Shown: positions 56,136 through 64,000 of the stretch, in pieces
Numbering within the stretch: the stretch's first letter is position 1
Layout: each line of letters begins with the position of its first letter
Source: Nanobdellota archaeon
GTDB lineage: Archaea > Nanobdellota > Nanobdellia > Parvarchaeales > Parvarchaeaceae
Reading direction: 5' to 3'
DNA length: 64,000 nucleotides
Assembly: GCA_021810345.1 (NCBI GenBank)
Contig: JAJZIX010000001.1
Coordinates: forward strand, 7,847-71,846
The notes under the pieces: model-generated
What the model was told of the DNA's origin: nothing
Databases searched by the model: none
The model's input: the letters and a program-made list of their open reading frames with translations, nothing else
Made by a program: the position numbers and the translations under genes

Positions 56136-57290
56136 ATGGAAACCGGGGAAATTATTCCTACAGAGGGAAATGGTGTCGTTGGCATTATACTAATAAATGG
56201 GAAGCTCTTAATTGATCTTAGAAACATGAGCAATCAGATGCACCTATGGGAGTTTCCGGGTGGAGGAATAGAGAAGGGAGAAACCGCAGCATCCACATTG
56301 AAAAGAGAGATAGAGGAAGAAGTTGGAATAAAAGTTAAAAAGATGGAATGGTTGGGTGTAAAAAACCAAGCTGTCCACTGGGGCCATACTGAGTTTGAGC
56401 ATTATTTTTTAATTACCGAGATAGAGGGTCAACCTTTTCCTAATTCCCCAAGAGAAGTTAAAGAAGTCAGGTGGGTATACCCAGAAGAACTAAAAGAGAT
56501 ACTAAATTTAGGGTGGAGAGTTACAGACGGCATGTTCTTATTAACCCGTAAGTTAGACAAATATAAAGAAGTATATTCCTCGCTTAAAGATAGAGATCAA
56601 AGACCTGAATTAGGTTTTGAATATTTTGCGTATTCTGAAACCGTTAAAACAGGGCGGAAAAAAGAAAAACTGAATCAGCAACAGGTTTTTCATGAGGAAG
56701 AAACTGAGCTTAAAAAAATACTTTCAAAAAGAAAAGGTCGATTTTTAGAGATTGGGCCTGGATATGGGCGGTTAACCGAAATAATACTGAAGAAAGCCAA
56801 AACCATAGATTTATTGGAAGTTAACCCAGATTTTAGGGCACTACTTATTAAGAGATTTGGTCATAGGGTGAATTTTCTAGAGGGTGTTGCAGAGAAATTT
56901 AGAGCCGATAAAAAATACAATACGATTCTATGCGCCGAAACAATCGAGAATATAAAAGATATTTATGCCTTTGTTGCAAATGTAAGATTCGCTCTTTCGA
57001 AAGGGGGAGTTTTTATCTTGACGTTGGATAATACAGAATCTTCATCGAAGATAAACAGAGATAATTTCAGAAAATTATATGGAGCAAGTACTACGGGGCA
57101 TTACAGAAAAATTACTTTAAAATCTCTATCTAACTTACTCAGAGACTCGGGGTTTAAATTTAGTATTAACGAAATAGGTCATAAATATGTACCGTTGCCA
57201 GCGAGACAAAGGAAACTACTGATTCCAAAACCGAAAAACAAAAAAGATACTTATGTGTTCTTGATCACTTGTACCGTCTATGAAGAATAA
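56136..57290 (+). CDS. bifunctional Nudix hydrolase / SAM-dependent methyltransferase fusion
   Basis: Perfect Nudix box GGGIEKGETAASTLKREIEEEVGI (GX5EX7REUXEEXGU) at residues ~40-65. Class I MTase motif LEIGPGYGRLTEIIL at about residue 205. Confidence 0.65.
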   Translation: METGEIIPTEGNGVVGIILINGKLLIDLRNMSNQMHLWEFPGGGIEKGETAASTLKREIEEEVGIKVKKMEWLGVKNQAVHWGHTEFEHYFLITEIEGQPFPNSPREVKEVRWVYPEELKEILNLGWRVTDGMFLLTRKLDKYKEVYSSLKDRDQRPELGFEYFAYSETVKTGRKKEKLNQQQVFHEEETELKKILSKRKGRFLEIGPGYGRLTEIILKKAKTIDLLEVNPDFRALLIKRFGHRVNFLEGVAEKFRADKKYNTILCAETIENIKDIYAFVANVRFALSKGGVFILTLDNTESSSKINRDNFRKLYGASTTGHYRKITLKSLSNLLRDSGFKFSINEIGHKYVPLPARQRKLLIPKPKNKKDTYVFLITCTVYEE

Positions 57291-58194
57291 ATTGAGTGTA
57301 ATAATAAGTACTTATAAGCACGGCGCGAAACTTTTTTCATTATTAGATTACCTTAATAATCTAAATTTAGACGAAATAGTGGTTATAGATGATCATAGTA
57401 ATAGAGGGGGAGAGATAATAAACAAGCTTAAGAGTTTAAATATAAAATCAAGACTTATAGTAACTAAAAAACCGTACGGTCCGTGGGCAACTAAAAGCAT
57501 TGGAATAAAGGTCGCTAAAAATGATTATATCTTGCATCTGGATGGTGATTGTGAACCTGTAGACAGCGATATAATATCAAACCATTTAAAATGGTTAAAA
57601 AAAGGTTACATATTTGTTTTTGGTAATATACTATTTAAAGAGAAAGACATTTTAACAAATGCATTCTATGTAAGATACTGTCTTTCATCAAGTAAATATT
57701 TTCTAGAGGAACCTAAAGAATTCGATTCCCAAAATATAATAGCCATAACTGGAAATAATTTTTCATTGAATAGAAAAATGCTCTATACTAAAGATATCCC
57801 GAACTTAGGTTTGTATGGTGGGGATGACCTGTATTTTACTACATTAAATATGAGAAAAACGGGTAAAAAGGCGATTTTTGACCCAACTATATTTGTAAAA
57901 CATAAACATGTTTTATCATTACGCAAGCTGATTAATAAGTACTACACTTACGCAGTCGGGAGCGGGGTAAATAGGCGGTTTTTCGGAAAGTTAGGTGACT
58001 ATTACACTGAACCACTCATGAAGATATACTTTTCAAGAATACCCATAGCACTTAATAAATTTGGTTTATATCCGGCTCTTCTGTTTTTTATTTTGTATCC
58101 ATTATACACGGTCGTAACCATACCTGGTTTCATACGCGGATTTACTTTAAAGATAAATAAAATAAAAATAGATTACAAAGAGATAAAAGTTTGA
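57280..58194 (+). CDS. glycosyltransferase family 2
   Basis: LSVIISTYKHG and HLDGDCEP (DxD) motifs. C-terminal hydrophobic segment. Confidence 0.7.
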   Translation: MKNKLSVIISTYKHGAKLFSLLDYLNNLNLDEIVVIDDHSNRGGEIINKLKSLNIKSRLIVTKKPYGPWATKSIGIKVAKNDYILHLDGDCEPVDSDIISNHLKWLKKGYIFVFGNILFKEKDILTNAFYVRYCLSSSKYFLEEPKEFDSQNIIAITGNNFSLNRKMLYTKDIPNLGLYGGDDLYFTTLNMRKTGKKAIFDPTIFVKHKHVLSLRKLINKYYTYAVGSGVNRRFFGKLGDYYTEPLMKIYFSRIPIALNKFGLYPALLFFILYPLYTVVTIPGFIRGFTLKINKIKIDYKEIKV

Positions 58195-58235
58195 TACCTT
58201 AAAGGTTTATATAATACCTGCTATCATACATAAAT

Positions 58236-59099
58236 ATGCCCGGCTCGTATTACGTACGAACAAAGCGAGGGGATGTCCACATAAAAGACGACATAAACAT
58301 AGAAAATGTCTTCCTGCGAATACCTGGCGTAGTATCTGTAAACCATTCTGATACCTTAGAGGACGTATTAGATAGGTATTCTGATGTTTCTGGTTTAGAT
58401 AAAGAGGATTTATCGTACAAAATGACGCCAAAGGATCGTATAGCTCTTGCTGAAATTATTCTAGAATTTTGCGGCGAAACTGAAGGAGTTTATACTATGG
58501 AAGGCGCGGCCATAATAAAAGATAATAAATGTGTTATTCTACAAGGGGACAGCTTAGCGGGTAAGAGCAGAACTGCATATGAGCTTAAGAAATCCTATTC
58601 TATAGGCGGAGATGATAGCGTTCTGCTTAGAATTTTCGGCCAAAAATTAGAATTCGTGGGGGGAAATAGACACTCTGCCCCCAAATTTTGGCATGATAAC
58701 AAAGAATATACTGACTTCGGTGAAAATGCCGTAGCCGACTCAGAGGTGGTTGCTGTAATAAAGTTGAAAACAGTTTATACTCCCAATTCGGATAAATATA
58801 TATTACAGAAATTATCGCCAGATAACCTGCAATTCCTACTATGGTCATGGGTTTCGTCTAAGAGTAGGAGTGTTGGTAGCTATTTGAAGGATATGGAATA
58901 TCCTTTACCTTCCTTAGATACAAATGAATTATCTAAAAAAAGGTTAAATTTTTGTAAGGAAGCGAGCTACGTTCCGTTCTATTTTTATGAAGGCGGGGTC
59001 GAAAACTTATCATCAATAATCTCAATGTTAATAAAAGATGCGGATCACATAAAGGAAGCGGCATATGCCGTAAATTATAAAGATTCTCGGTTAAAGTAA
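58236..59099 (+). CDS. HprK-like P-loop kinase domain protein
   Basis: GAAIIKDNKCVILQGDSLAGKSRTAYELKKSYSIGGDDSVLL parallels the HPr kinase C-terminal domain (HGvLVdv.GvGVLItGdSGvGKSEtALELI.rGhrLVADD.V.I). Confidence 0.5.
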   Translation: MPGSYYVRTKRGDVHIKDDINIENVFLRIPGVVSVNHSDTLEDVLDRYSDVSGLDKEDLSYKMTPKDRIALAEIILEFCGETEGVYTMEGAAIIKDNKCVILQGDSLAGKSRTAYELKKSYSIGGDDSVLLRIFGQKLEFVGGNRHSAPKFWHDNKEYTDFGENAVADSEVVAVIKLKTVYTPNSDKYILQKLSPDNLQFLLWSWVSSKSRSVGSYLKDMEYPLPSLDTNELSKKRLNFCKEASYVPFYFYEGGVENLSSIISMLIKDADHIKEAAYAVNYKDSRLK

Positions 59100-59996
59100 T
59101 TTCTCAATTTCATTGCATATAAACTTCATGCTCCCTTTTATCTGTACTATTGGGATACTTTTTGCGATCTTTCTAGCCAAGCCGATTCGCTTAACAGATA
59201 AATCTATAGTATCTAGTGAACTTAACGGTCTTTTGAACCCGTCTATATAACAACTGTAAAGCCCCCGTATTTCTATACTTAAAAGCTCATACATATGAAA
59301 GATGGATTTTTTACTATTTCCCCAAATTATTTTAACATTATTACCCGTGATCTGTGGGTATACAAATGCAGCTATCCTTGGTTTTTCTTCCATACTATCT
59401 TGATTTAATCCTTTCATATCCTCGTAAATCTTGTAGTGCTCCTTTATGTAAGGCGAAATTTCTTCCATAATTTTGATTTTTCCGACTATATTAGCATTTC
59501 TATCGATAGTTGCTTGACCGTCGGATACAAAATTGAATTTATTATTTTTTACGAGGCTTATGGCGGTACTGCTTTTTCCAGTATCTTTCCAACCAAACAG
59601 GAAAATCGCTTTTCCCTCTCTGCTCACAGCGCTACCGTGTATGCTATACATCATTGATTCTTGTTTTTTGCGCTCGAGTAGGTGTTTTGCTATCGAAATT
59701 ATGTCTTTTGGTTTATTGCCAGTATACTCTGATTTTGGATAGTTTTCCTTCAAGTGAAATTTATTAGATCGATTAACAAAAACATAAGGATATTTTTTAT
59801 TTACATTGTTAATAGAAGGAGAAGTTACAATTTTTTTTATTAATTTATCATTTAGAGTTTTTAATACCAGTTTTCTGTCACCAATTATGTTTATACCAAC
59901 ACCACAACTCTCTAAAGCCAAACTGGCTTTATCTTTAGTATATAAGGCTTTTGTTACGGCCTTTACATCTTTTTCAAAACTAGCATACCAATTCAT
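59091..59996 (-). CDS. HprK-like P-loop kinase domain protein (paralog, convergent with 58236)
   Basis: IHGSAVSREGKAIFLFGWKDTGKSSTAISLVKNNKFNFVSDGQATI has the same HprK-like Walker A plus downstream acidic motif. Confidence 0.5.
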   Translation of the reverse strand: MNWYASFEKDVKAVTKALYTKDKASLALESCGVGINIIGDRKLVLKTLNDKLIKKIVTSPSINNVNKKYPYVFVNRSNKFHLKENYPKSEYTGNKPKDIISIAKHLLERKKQESMMYSIHGSAVSREGKAIFLFGWKDTGKSSTAISLVKNNKFNFVSDGQATIDRNANIVGKIKIMEEISPYIKEHYKIYEDMKGLNQDSMEEKPRIAAFVYPQITGNNVKIIWGNSKKSIFHMYELLSIEIRGLYSCYIDGFKRPLSSLDTIDLSVKRIGLARKIAKSIPIVQIKGSMKFICNEIEKLL

Positions 59997-60008
59997 ACCA
60001 TGTTAAAA

Positions 60009-60082
60009 TGGGCCCGACGGGATTTGAACCCGCAACACTCTGGTTAAGAGCCAGATGCTCTACCGTGTTGAGCTACGAGCCC
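60009..60082 (-). tRNA. tRNA-Lys (anticodon CTT)
   Basis: Reverse complement folds with acceptor GGGCTCG/CGGGCCC, D-stem GCTC/GAGC, anticodon stem TCTGG/CCAGA, loop CTCTTAA and T-arm GCGGG-TTCAAAT-CCCGT. Confidence 0.75.
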
Positions 60083-60162
60083 ACTATTTACTTATGCTAT
60101 TATGAATAACTCTTGCTTTATTTAAGCTATTAGTTCGGTATATTGGCTGGGGTAAAAATAGA

Positions 60163-60696
60163 TTAACTACGGGTATATCTTTTGATTTCTCCCTTGTTGA
60201 TATAGTAAAATTCAATTTTTTTGGGTTCTATACTGCTCAATATATAATCTATGTTTTCTTTTTTGTCTTCCAAAGCTACCAAATTTGAGTATCTACCCAA
60301 TAATTTGTTGAATTCATCAAGCTTCCACTTTTCATCACTGGTAGAGTGATCCTTTGGCAGTATCACATCCTTATACTTTATTCCAACGGAAGATAACATT
60401 CTCTCGGTAATCAACCTGTGCTCTTCCCCTTTAGCACTCAGTATTATTATGTCGTATCCTGAGGACTGCATAGTCTTGATGTAATTTATTACGGCAGTGT
60501 TTGGCACGGCTTTATCCCAATATTTGTCATGAGCGAGGTAGTACACCTTCCTTTTTGTTTCCTTGTCTTTTTTCTTGACTTCTTCCAAATCCATCTGCTT
60601 CCCTAATATTTCCAGAGACGCGGCCCTTATGCAGTCATTTATTAAAAAAAGCGTATCATCAAAATCAGACACTACCGCAGAAAGTTTAGTTTTCAC
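60163..60696 (-). CDS. HAD-superfamily phosphatase-like protein (distant paralog of 54438)
   Basis: AVVSDFDDTLF is the DxDxT motif. About 177 aa. Similar domain layout to the protein at 54438. Confidence 0.55.
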   Translation of the reverse strand: MKTKLSAVVSDFDDTLFLINDCIRAASLEILGKQMDLEEVKKKDKETKRKVYYLAHDKYWDKAVPNTAVINYIKTMQSSGYDIIILSAKGEEHRLITERMLSSVGIKYKDVILPKDHSTSDEKWKLDEFNKLLGRYSNLVALEDKKENIDYILSSIEPKKIEFYYINKGEIKRYTRS

Positions 60697-60748
60697 AGTT
60701 CTCTAAGGTCAGAATTATTTAAATACTTTGCCGCCTTTACTTCATGAT

Positions 60749-60821
60749 GGGCCTATGGTCTAGTGGTTATGACGTCTGCCTTACACGCAGAAAGCCGGGA
60801 GTTCGAACCTCCCTGGGCCCA
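60749..60821 (+). tRNA. tRNA-Val (anticodon TAC)
   Basis: Acceptor GGGCCTA/TGGGCCC. Anticodon stem TCTGC/GCAGA. Loop CTTACAC. Otherwise near-identical to the tRNA-Val(GAC) at 37786. Confidence 0.8.
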
Positions 60822-60898
60822 ATCCCCCCTCAAACAAATTTCAGTCTGCGAGAGGACAGAAAAAGTATTTATTCTGATTGAATCATTAAAATATAATA

Positions 60899-62368
60899 AT
60901 GACTATGGAAGAGTATAAAAACCTCGAAGAAGAGCTTCTATCAACCATAAACAAAGTAAAAGAGAATGATGGATTTGGGGATTATATATACATTGGGAAG
61001 GAAAATATAAAAAAATTAGAGAGTATACTAATGCCGAGGTTCTCCAAAGAGGGAAACTCATTCAAAATAGCATTTAAATGCGATGCAGACTACGAATCTG
61101 CAATAGATCTTTATAGAAGGATAGACTTCGAGGCGGACGAGCTGAATGAATCTCTCAAAGGTATATACGGGGATACTAATCTTAGCATTTCATTAACCTC
61201 AAAAAGATCCGGAAGCATTTCAAAGATGATATCTATAGGAACCAACGGAAGCGATCCACTTTTTAGAATTCAGTACAACAGCATACTGGACGCGGAGGAG
61301 GGCAGCCTTGAGTTGATTTTCAGCAAAAAGGTGACTAAAAACATTGCATCTTGTAAAAATATATTCAAAAAGATCTGGGAGGGAATTATACTAGACAACG
61401 AAAGAGTCTCCAATATTTTGGATAAGTACAGCAAGGAATATGATCTGGATGATTATCACAAAAATGGTAGGGATACTCCCATACAGGAGCAGTCTAATCC
61501 ATATCAAAACAGTAACCTCTTAGAAACAAAGGTCGCCAAGCACAATCTCTGGGATAGAATAGGAGGGTATACGGAAATAAAGAAAACTGTGGAGACGGAG
61601 CTTATATATCCACTGAAGAATCGAACGTTTTACAAGGACTTGATGGAGAAAACGATGGGCATCCAAAACCAGCCAGAGATAGGACCAATACTGTTTTACG
61701 GGCCGCCCGGAACCGGCAAAACTATGATGGCGAATGCAATCGCCGGAAGAGCGGGCCTTGAGTTTTCATACATAAGCTTGTCTAATATCATCTCCAGATA
61801 CATGGGAGAAGGCCCGGAAAAGCTAAGAGCCGCCATGGATTCAGCAATCGCGGCAAAGGACAAAGATACGTTGCTATTCATAGATGAAATAGACTCGATA
61901 GGAAGCAGAAACTCAAAAAGCTCTTCAGCAGCTGATCTGGATGACAGAAGGCTTGTGAATACCTTTCTCACCGAACTAGACGAAATCGCGGAAACTCGGG
62001 GCTCTTCGGTAATAGTGATCGGAGCGACCAACAGCGAGGAAGCGCTGGATAAGGCAATGCTCTCTAGATTCAAAGATGAGATATACTTCCCGCTGCCATC
62101 GAAGGATGACAGGGAGAAAATACTACCGCTTTACATAAAGCACCTGGACAAGGTAGACATAAGCAAACTTGCTGCAGCAACGGATGGCTTTTCGTGTAGA
62201 GACATAAAAAACATGTCTGAGCGCGCCATAAAGATATTCCTCAAGGATTACGTTGAGAATGGAAGAGAGTCCACATTACCGGATATCAACGACTACCTTA
62301 AATCTTCGAGGCAAACCGCAGAAAAGTACAAGATTGGCGGCTCTAACTACACCTCCGCCTACGCCTAA
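60899..62368 (+). CDS. AAA+ ATPase (single AAA domain) with an unassigned N-terminal region of about 240 aa
   Basis: Walker A ILFYGPPGTGKTM. Walker B LLFIDEIDS. Second region of homology DKAMLSRFKDEIYFPLP. Confidence 0.75.
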   Translation: MTMEEYKNLEEELLSTINKVKENDGFGDYIYIGKENIKKLESILMPRFSKEGNSFKIAFKCDADYESAIDLYRRIDFEADELNESLKGIYGDTNLSISLTSKRSGSISKMISIGTNGSDPLFRIQYNSILDAEEGSLELIFSKKVTKNIASCKNIFKKIWEGIILDNERVSNILDKYSKEYDLDDYHKNGRDTPIQEQSNPYQNSNLLETKVAKHNLWDRIGGYTEIKKTVETELIYPLKNRTFYKDLMEKTMGIQNQPEIGPILFYGPPGTGKTMMANAIAGRAGLEFSYISLSNIISRYMGEGPEKLRAAMDSAIAAKDKDTLLFIDEIDSIGSRNSKSSSAADLDDRRLVNTFLTELDEIAETRGSSVIVIGATNSEEALDKAMLSRFKDEIYFPLPSKDDREKILPLYIKHLDKVDISKLAAATDGFSCRDIKNMSERAIKIFLKDYVENGRESTLPDINDYLKSSRQTAEKYKIGGSNYTSAYA

Positions 62369-62370
62369 AA

Positions 62371-63261
62371 ATGGATGAAGAAAGCAAAATTTTGCATTCG
62401 GCAGAGCATGTGTTTGCACGCTCGCTACAGAACCTTGGCCTTGATATACATGTTAGAAAAGCCGACACAGACGAGCCAGGTGATTTCGGGAAAGCATTCA
62501 TAAAAGAGACAATACCCATCGAAAAAATAGAGGAAGCCGCAGAGAGCACAAATACGGAACTTTCAAAAAACCTGGAGATAAGCGAGTATGAATTCGAGAA
62601 TATGGCCAAAGCACTGGAAAAATTCAACAAGCTCAGGTTCAATGAAGATAGGATAGACAAGGAAGGCAGAATCAGAGTAATAAAAATAGGGGATTTTGAT
62701 TATTCTGCATGCAAACACCAGCATGTCAAAAATACGGGAGAAATAGGGCTCTTTGTCGTGACAAAGGTAAAATACTTAGGAGGCGAGACGGAGATCGACT
62801 TTCTGGCCGGAAAGAAAGCAGCTGAGTACGCAATAAAGCAGTCGAATGCGGCGCTTGATGTGTCGATGCACAACAATCTCAGCATAAACCAAATAAACAG
62901 GTTCATAGACGACTTGAAGGCCAGGCTGAAGGGCTCGGAGAAGGAAGGAGAAGACCTACTGCGTCTGCTCTTGTCAGAAAGCAAATCAAGTATTTTAGTG
63001 CTTAAAGGGGTGAAATTAAGTGAGAAGATGCCTACCGTTTCAAAATTCTTGAAGGACAATCCAGACAGATGTGTTGCGCTGTTGAATGAAACACAGATAT
63101 TCATAAGCAGGGGCGAGAAAAACAGCACTGATATAAAAACTGCAGCGGAGAATCTGAAAGCAGAAAACCTGTTCATTGGCTCCTATGATGATATGCACTT
63201 GTCCGGGAAGCTCACTGATGTAGACAGAGTAAAAGAAGCGATTCTGGATTTTATACATTAA
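62371..63261 (+). CDS. AlaX/ThrRS-editing-domain-like protein (putative aminoacyl-tRNA deacylase), tentative
   Basis: HSAEHVF (HxxxH) and CKHQHV (CxxxH) fit the zinc-binding motifs of the tRNA synthetase second additional domain. Confidence 0.4.
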   Translation: MDEESKILHSAEHVFARSLQNLGLDIHVRKADTDEPGDFGKAFIKETIPIEKIEEAAESTNTELSKNLEISEYEFENMAKALEKFNKLRFNEDRIDKEGRIRVIKIGDFDYSACKHQHVKNTGEIGLFVVTKVKYLGGETEIDFLAGKKAAEYAIKQSNAALDVSMHNNLSINQINRFIDDLKARLKGSEKEGEDLLRLLLSESKSSILVLKGVKLSEKMPTVSKFLKDNPDRCVALLNETQIFISRGEKNSTDIKTAAENLKAENLFIGSYDDMHLSGKLTDVDRVKEAILDFIH

Positions 63262-63302
63262 ATAGCACTAAAGTATTAATAAAACGCAGGATTATACCAT
63301 TG

Positions 63303-64000
63303 ATGGAGATAACAAGTCTGAATGCATTGAAAATCTTGAACGCAAATTCAAATTTCACTATAGAAGTGATATTGCGCACGAAGCAGGGCGAATATAGAGG
63401 CTCCTCTCCGGCAGGAGAAAGCAACAGCATGTTTGAAGTCAGCCAGTTCAGCACTGGCATAGATAAGGAAATAGAGGAATTCAATGAATTTTTAGGCAAG
63501 CTGAAAGGCAGGAAAATTGAATCTTTGAATGACATATTTACAATAGAGAAAGAGCTTCCAAAGGAGTTCATCGGTGGGCCTTCTCTCTCACTTTCTTACG
63601 CATTGCTGTATGGGTTAAGTGCTTCACTCGGCAAGGAGCCTTACCAGCTGTTCGAGAAAAAAGCAAAGGTCCTGCCAATATGCAAAATGATAGGGGGAGG
63701 CATGCATGCTTCCGGGCTTGGAATGGATATACAGGAAATATTAGTAACGACGGTAAGCGACCAACTACCGGAGAGTATAGGCGGCACGCTTAAGGTATAC
63801 AAGAAAGTAAAGGAGCTGCTTGAGAAGACCACCAGCAGCTTCCTTGGTGGTGTGGACCCAGAAGGCGGGTTCATAAGCGCGCTTGGCAACTATGAGTCAC
63901 TAAGCCTAGTCAAGAAAGCGGTGGAGGATATCACCAAGCAGGAGAAGCTGGACATAAGGATGGGTGTGGATTTCGCTGCTTCTACCTTTTATAAAAATGG
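63303..64000 (+). CDS. divergent enolase-superfamily protein, 3'-partial (runs off the window)
   Basis: ILNANSNFTIEVILRTKQGEYRGSSPAGES (enolase ILDSRGNPTVEV...AAVPSGASTG), LPICKMIGGGMHAS (LPVPMMNIINGGAHA) and GGVDPEGGF...RMGVDFAASTFY (GDEGGFAP...LALDVAASEFY). Several catalytic-region positions differ from canonical enolase. Confidence 0.4.
   Translation, partial: MEITSLNALKILNANSNFTIEVILRTKQGEYRGSSPAGESNSMFEVSQFSTGIDKEIEEFNEFLGKLKGRKIESLNDIFTIEKELPKEFIGGPSLSLSYALLYGLSASLGKEPYQLFEKKAKVLPICKMIGGGMHASGLGMDIQEILVTTVSDQLPESIGGTLKVYKKVKELLEKTTSSFLGGVDPEGGFISALGNYESLSLVKKAVEDITKQEKLDIRMGVDFAASTFYKN

Noticed and set aside
1-64000. CRISPR arrays, rRNA genes, transposases and integrases
   Set aside because: No regularly spaced short direct repeats were seen. 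No rRNA-like stretches, no DDE/HUH transposase or tyrosine-recombinase motifs (R...HxxR...Y) were recognised in any ORF.

Overview
This window is 64 kb of archaeal chromosome with roughly 40% GC and lysine-rich proteins. I infer a euryarchaeal or DPANN-like lineage from two observations. The RNA polymerase B subunit is split into B'' and B'. A tRNA-Trp gene carries an intron of about 43 nt in the anticodon loop. The backbone is a dense set of information-processing genes. These include SMC, KsgA, a short ribosomal protein cluster (L2, S19, L22, S3, L29) and TyrRS. They also include RNase HII, endonuclease III and the conserved operon rpoH-rpoB''-rpoB'-rpoA'-rpoA''-L30e-NusA-S12-S7. PheRS alpha and beta, MBF1, PCNA, Pth2, EF-1beta, SerRS, FtsZ, GatD/GatE, archaeal SAM synthetase, L21e-RpoF-DUF655 and a single-domain AAA ATPase complete the set. 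Three accessory features stand out. First, there is a family of type-IV-pilin-like surface proteins. Each has a class III signal peptide (QSALEYMMTYGWAILVIVIVA), a variable middle and a conserved LamG-like C-terminus. Every copy sits 40-150 bp downstream of a tRNA gene (Leu, Gly, Pro, Leu) behind a conserved promoter and 5' sequence of about 80 nt. Two copies are full length and two are truncated after the signal peptide, one of these beside a degenerate duplicate tRNA-Leu. This looks like a tRNA-linked cassette or recombination system for surface-protein variation. Second, a 708-aa surface protein carries at least three tandem LPxGxxWxVxYNG beta-sandwich repeats and many N-glycosylation sequons. 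Third, an AT-rich island at 54.4-60.7 kb lies between tRNA-Trp and tRNA-Lys/tRNA-Val. It holds GT4 and GT2 glycosyltransferases, a Nudix-methyltransferase fusion, two convergent HprK-like P-loop kinase paralogs and HAD phosphatase paralogs at both ends. Beside its tRNA-Trp edge sits a decayed dehydrogenase fragment. Other oddities are a truncated dph2, a 754-aa metallophosphoesterase-domain protein and a divergent enolase-like gene at the window edge. Two tRNAs appear to have A34 anticodons (Leu-AAG, Pro-AGG). No CRISPR array, rRNA or recognisable transposase was seen. All calls rest on motif recognition by eye. No database search was possible.
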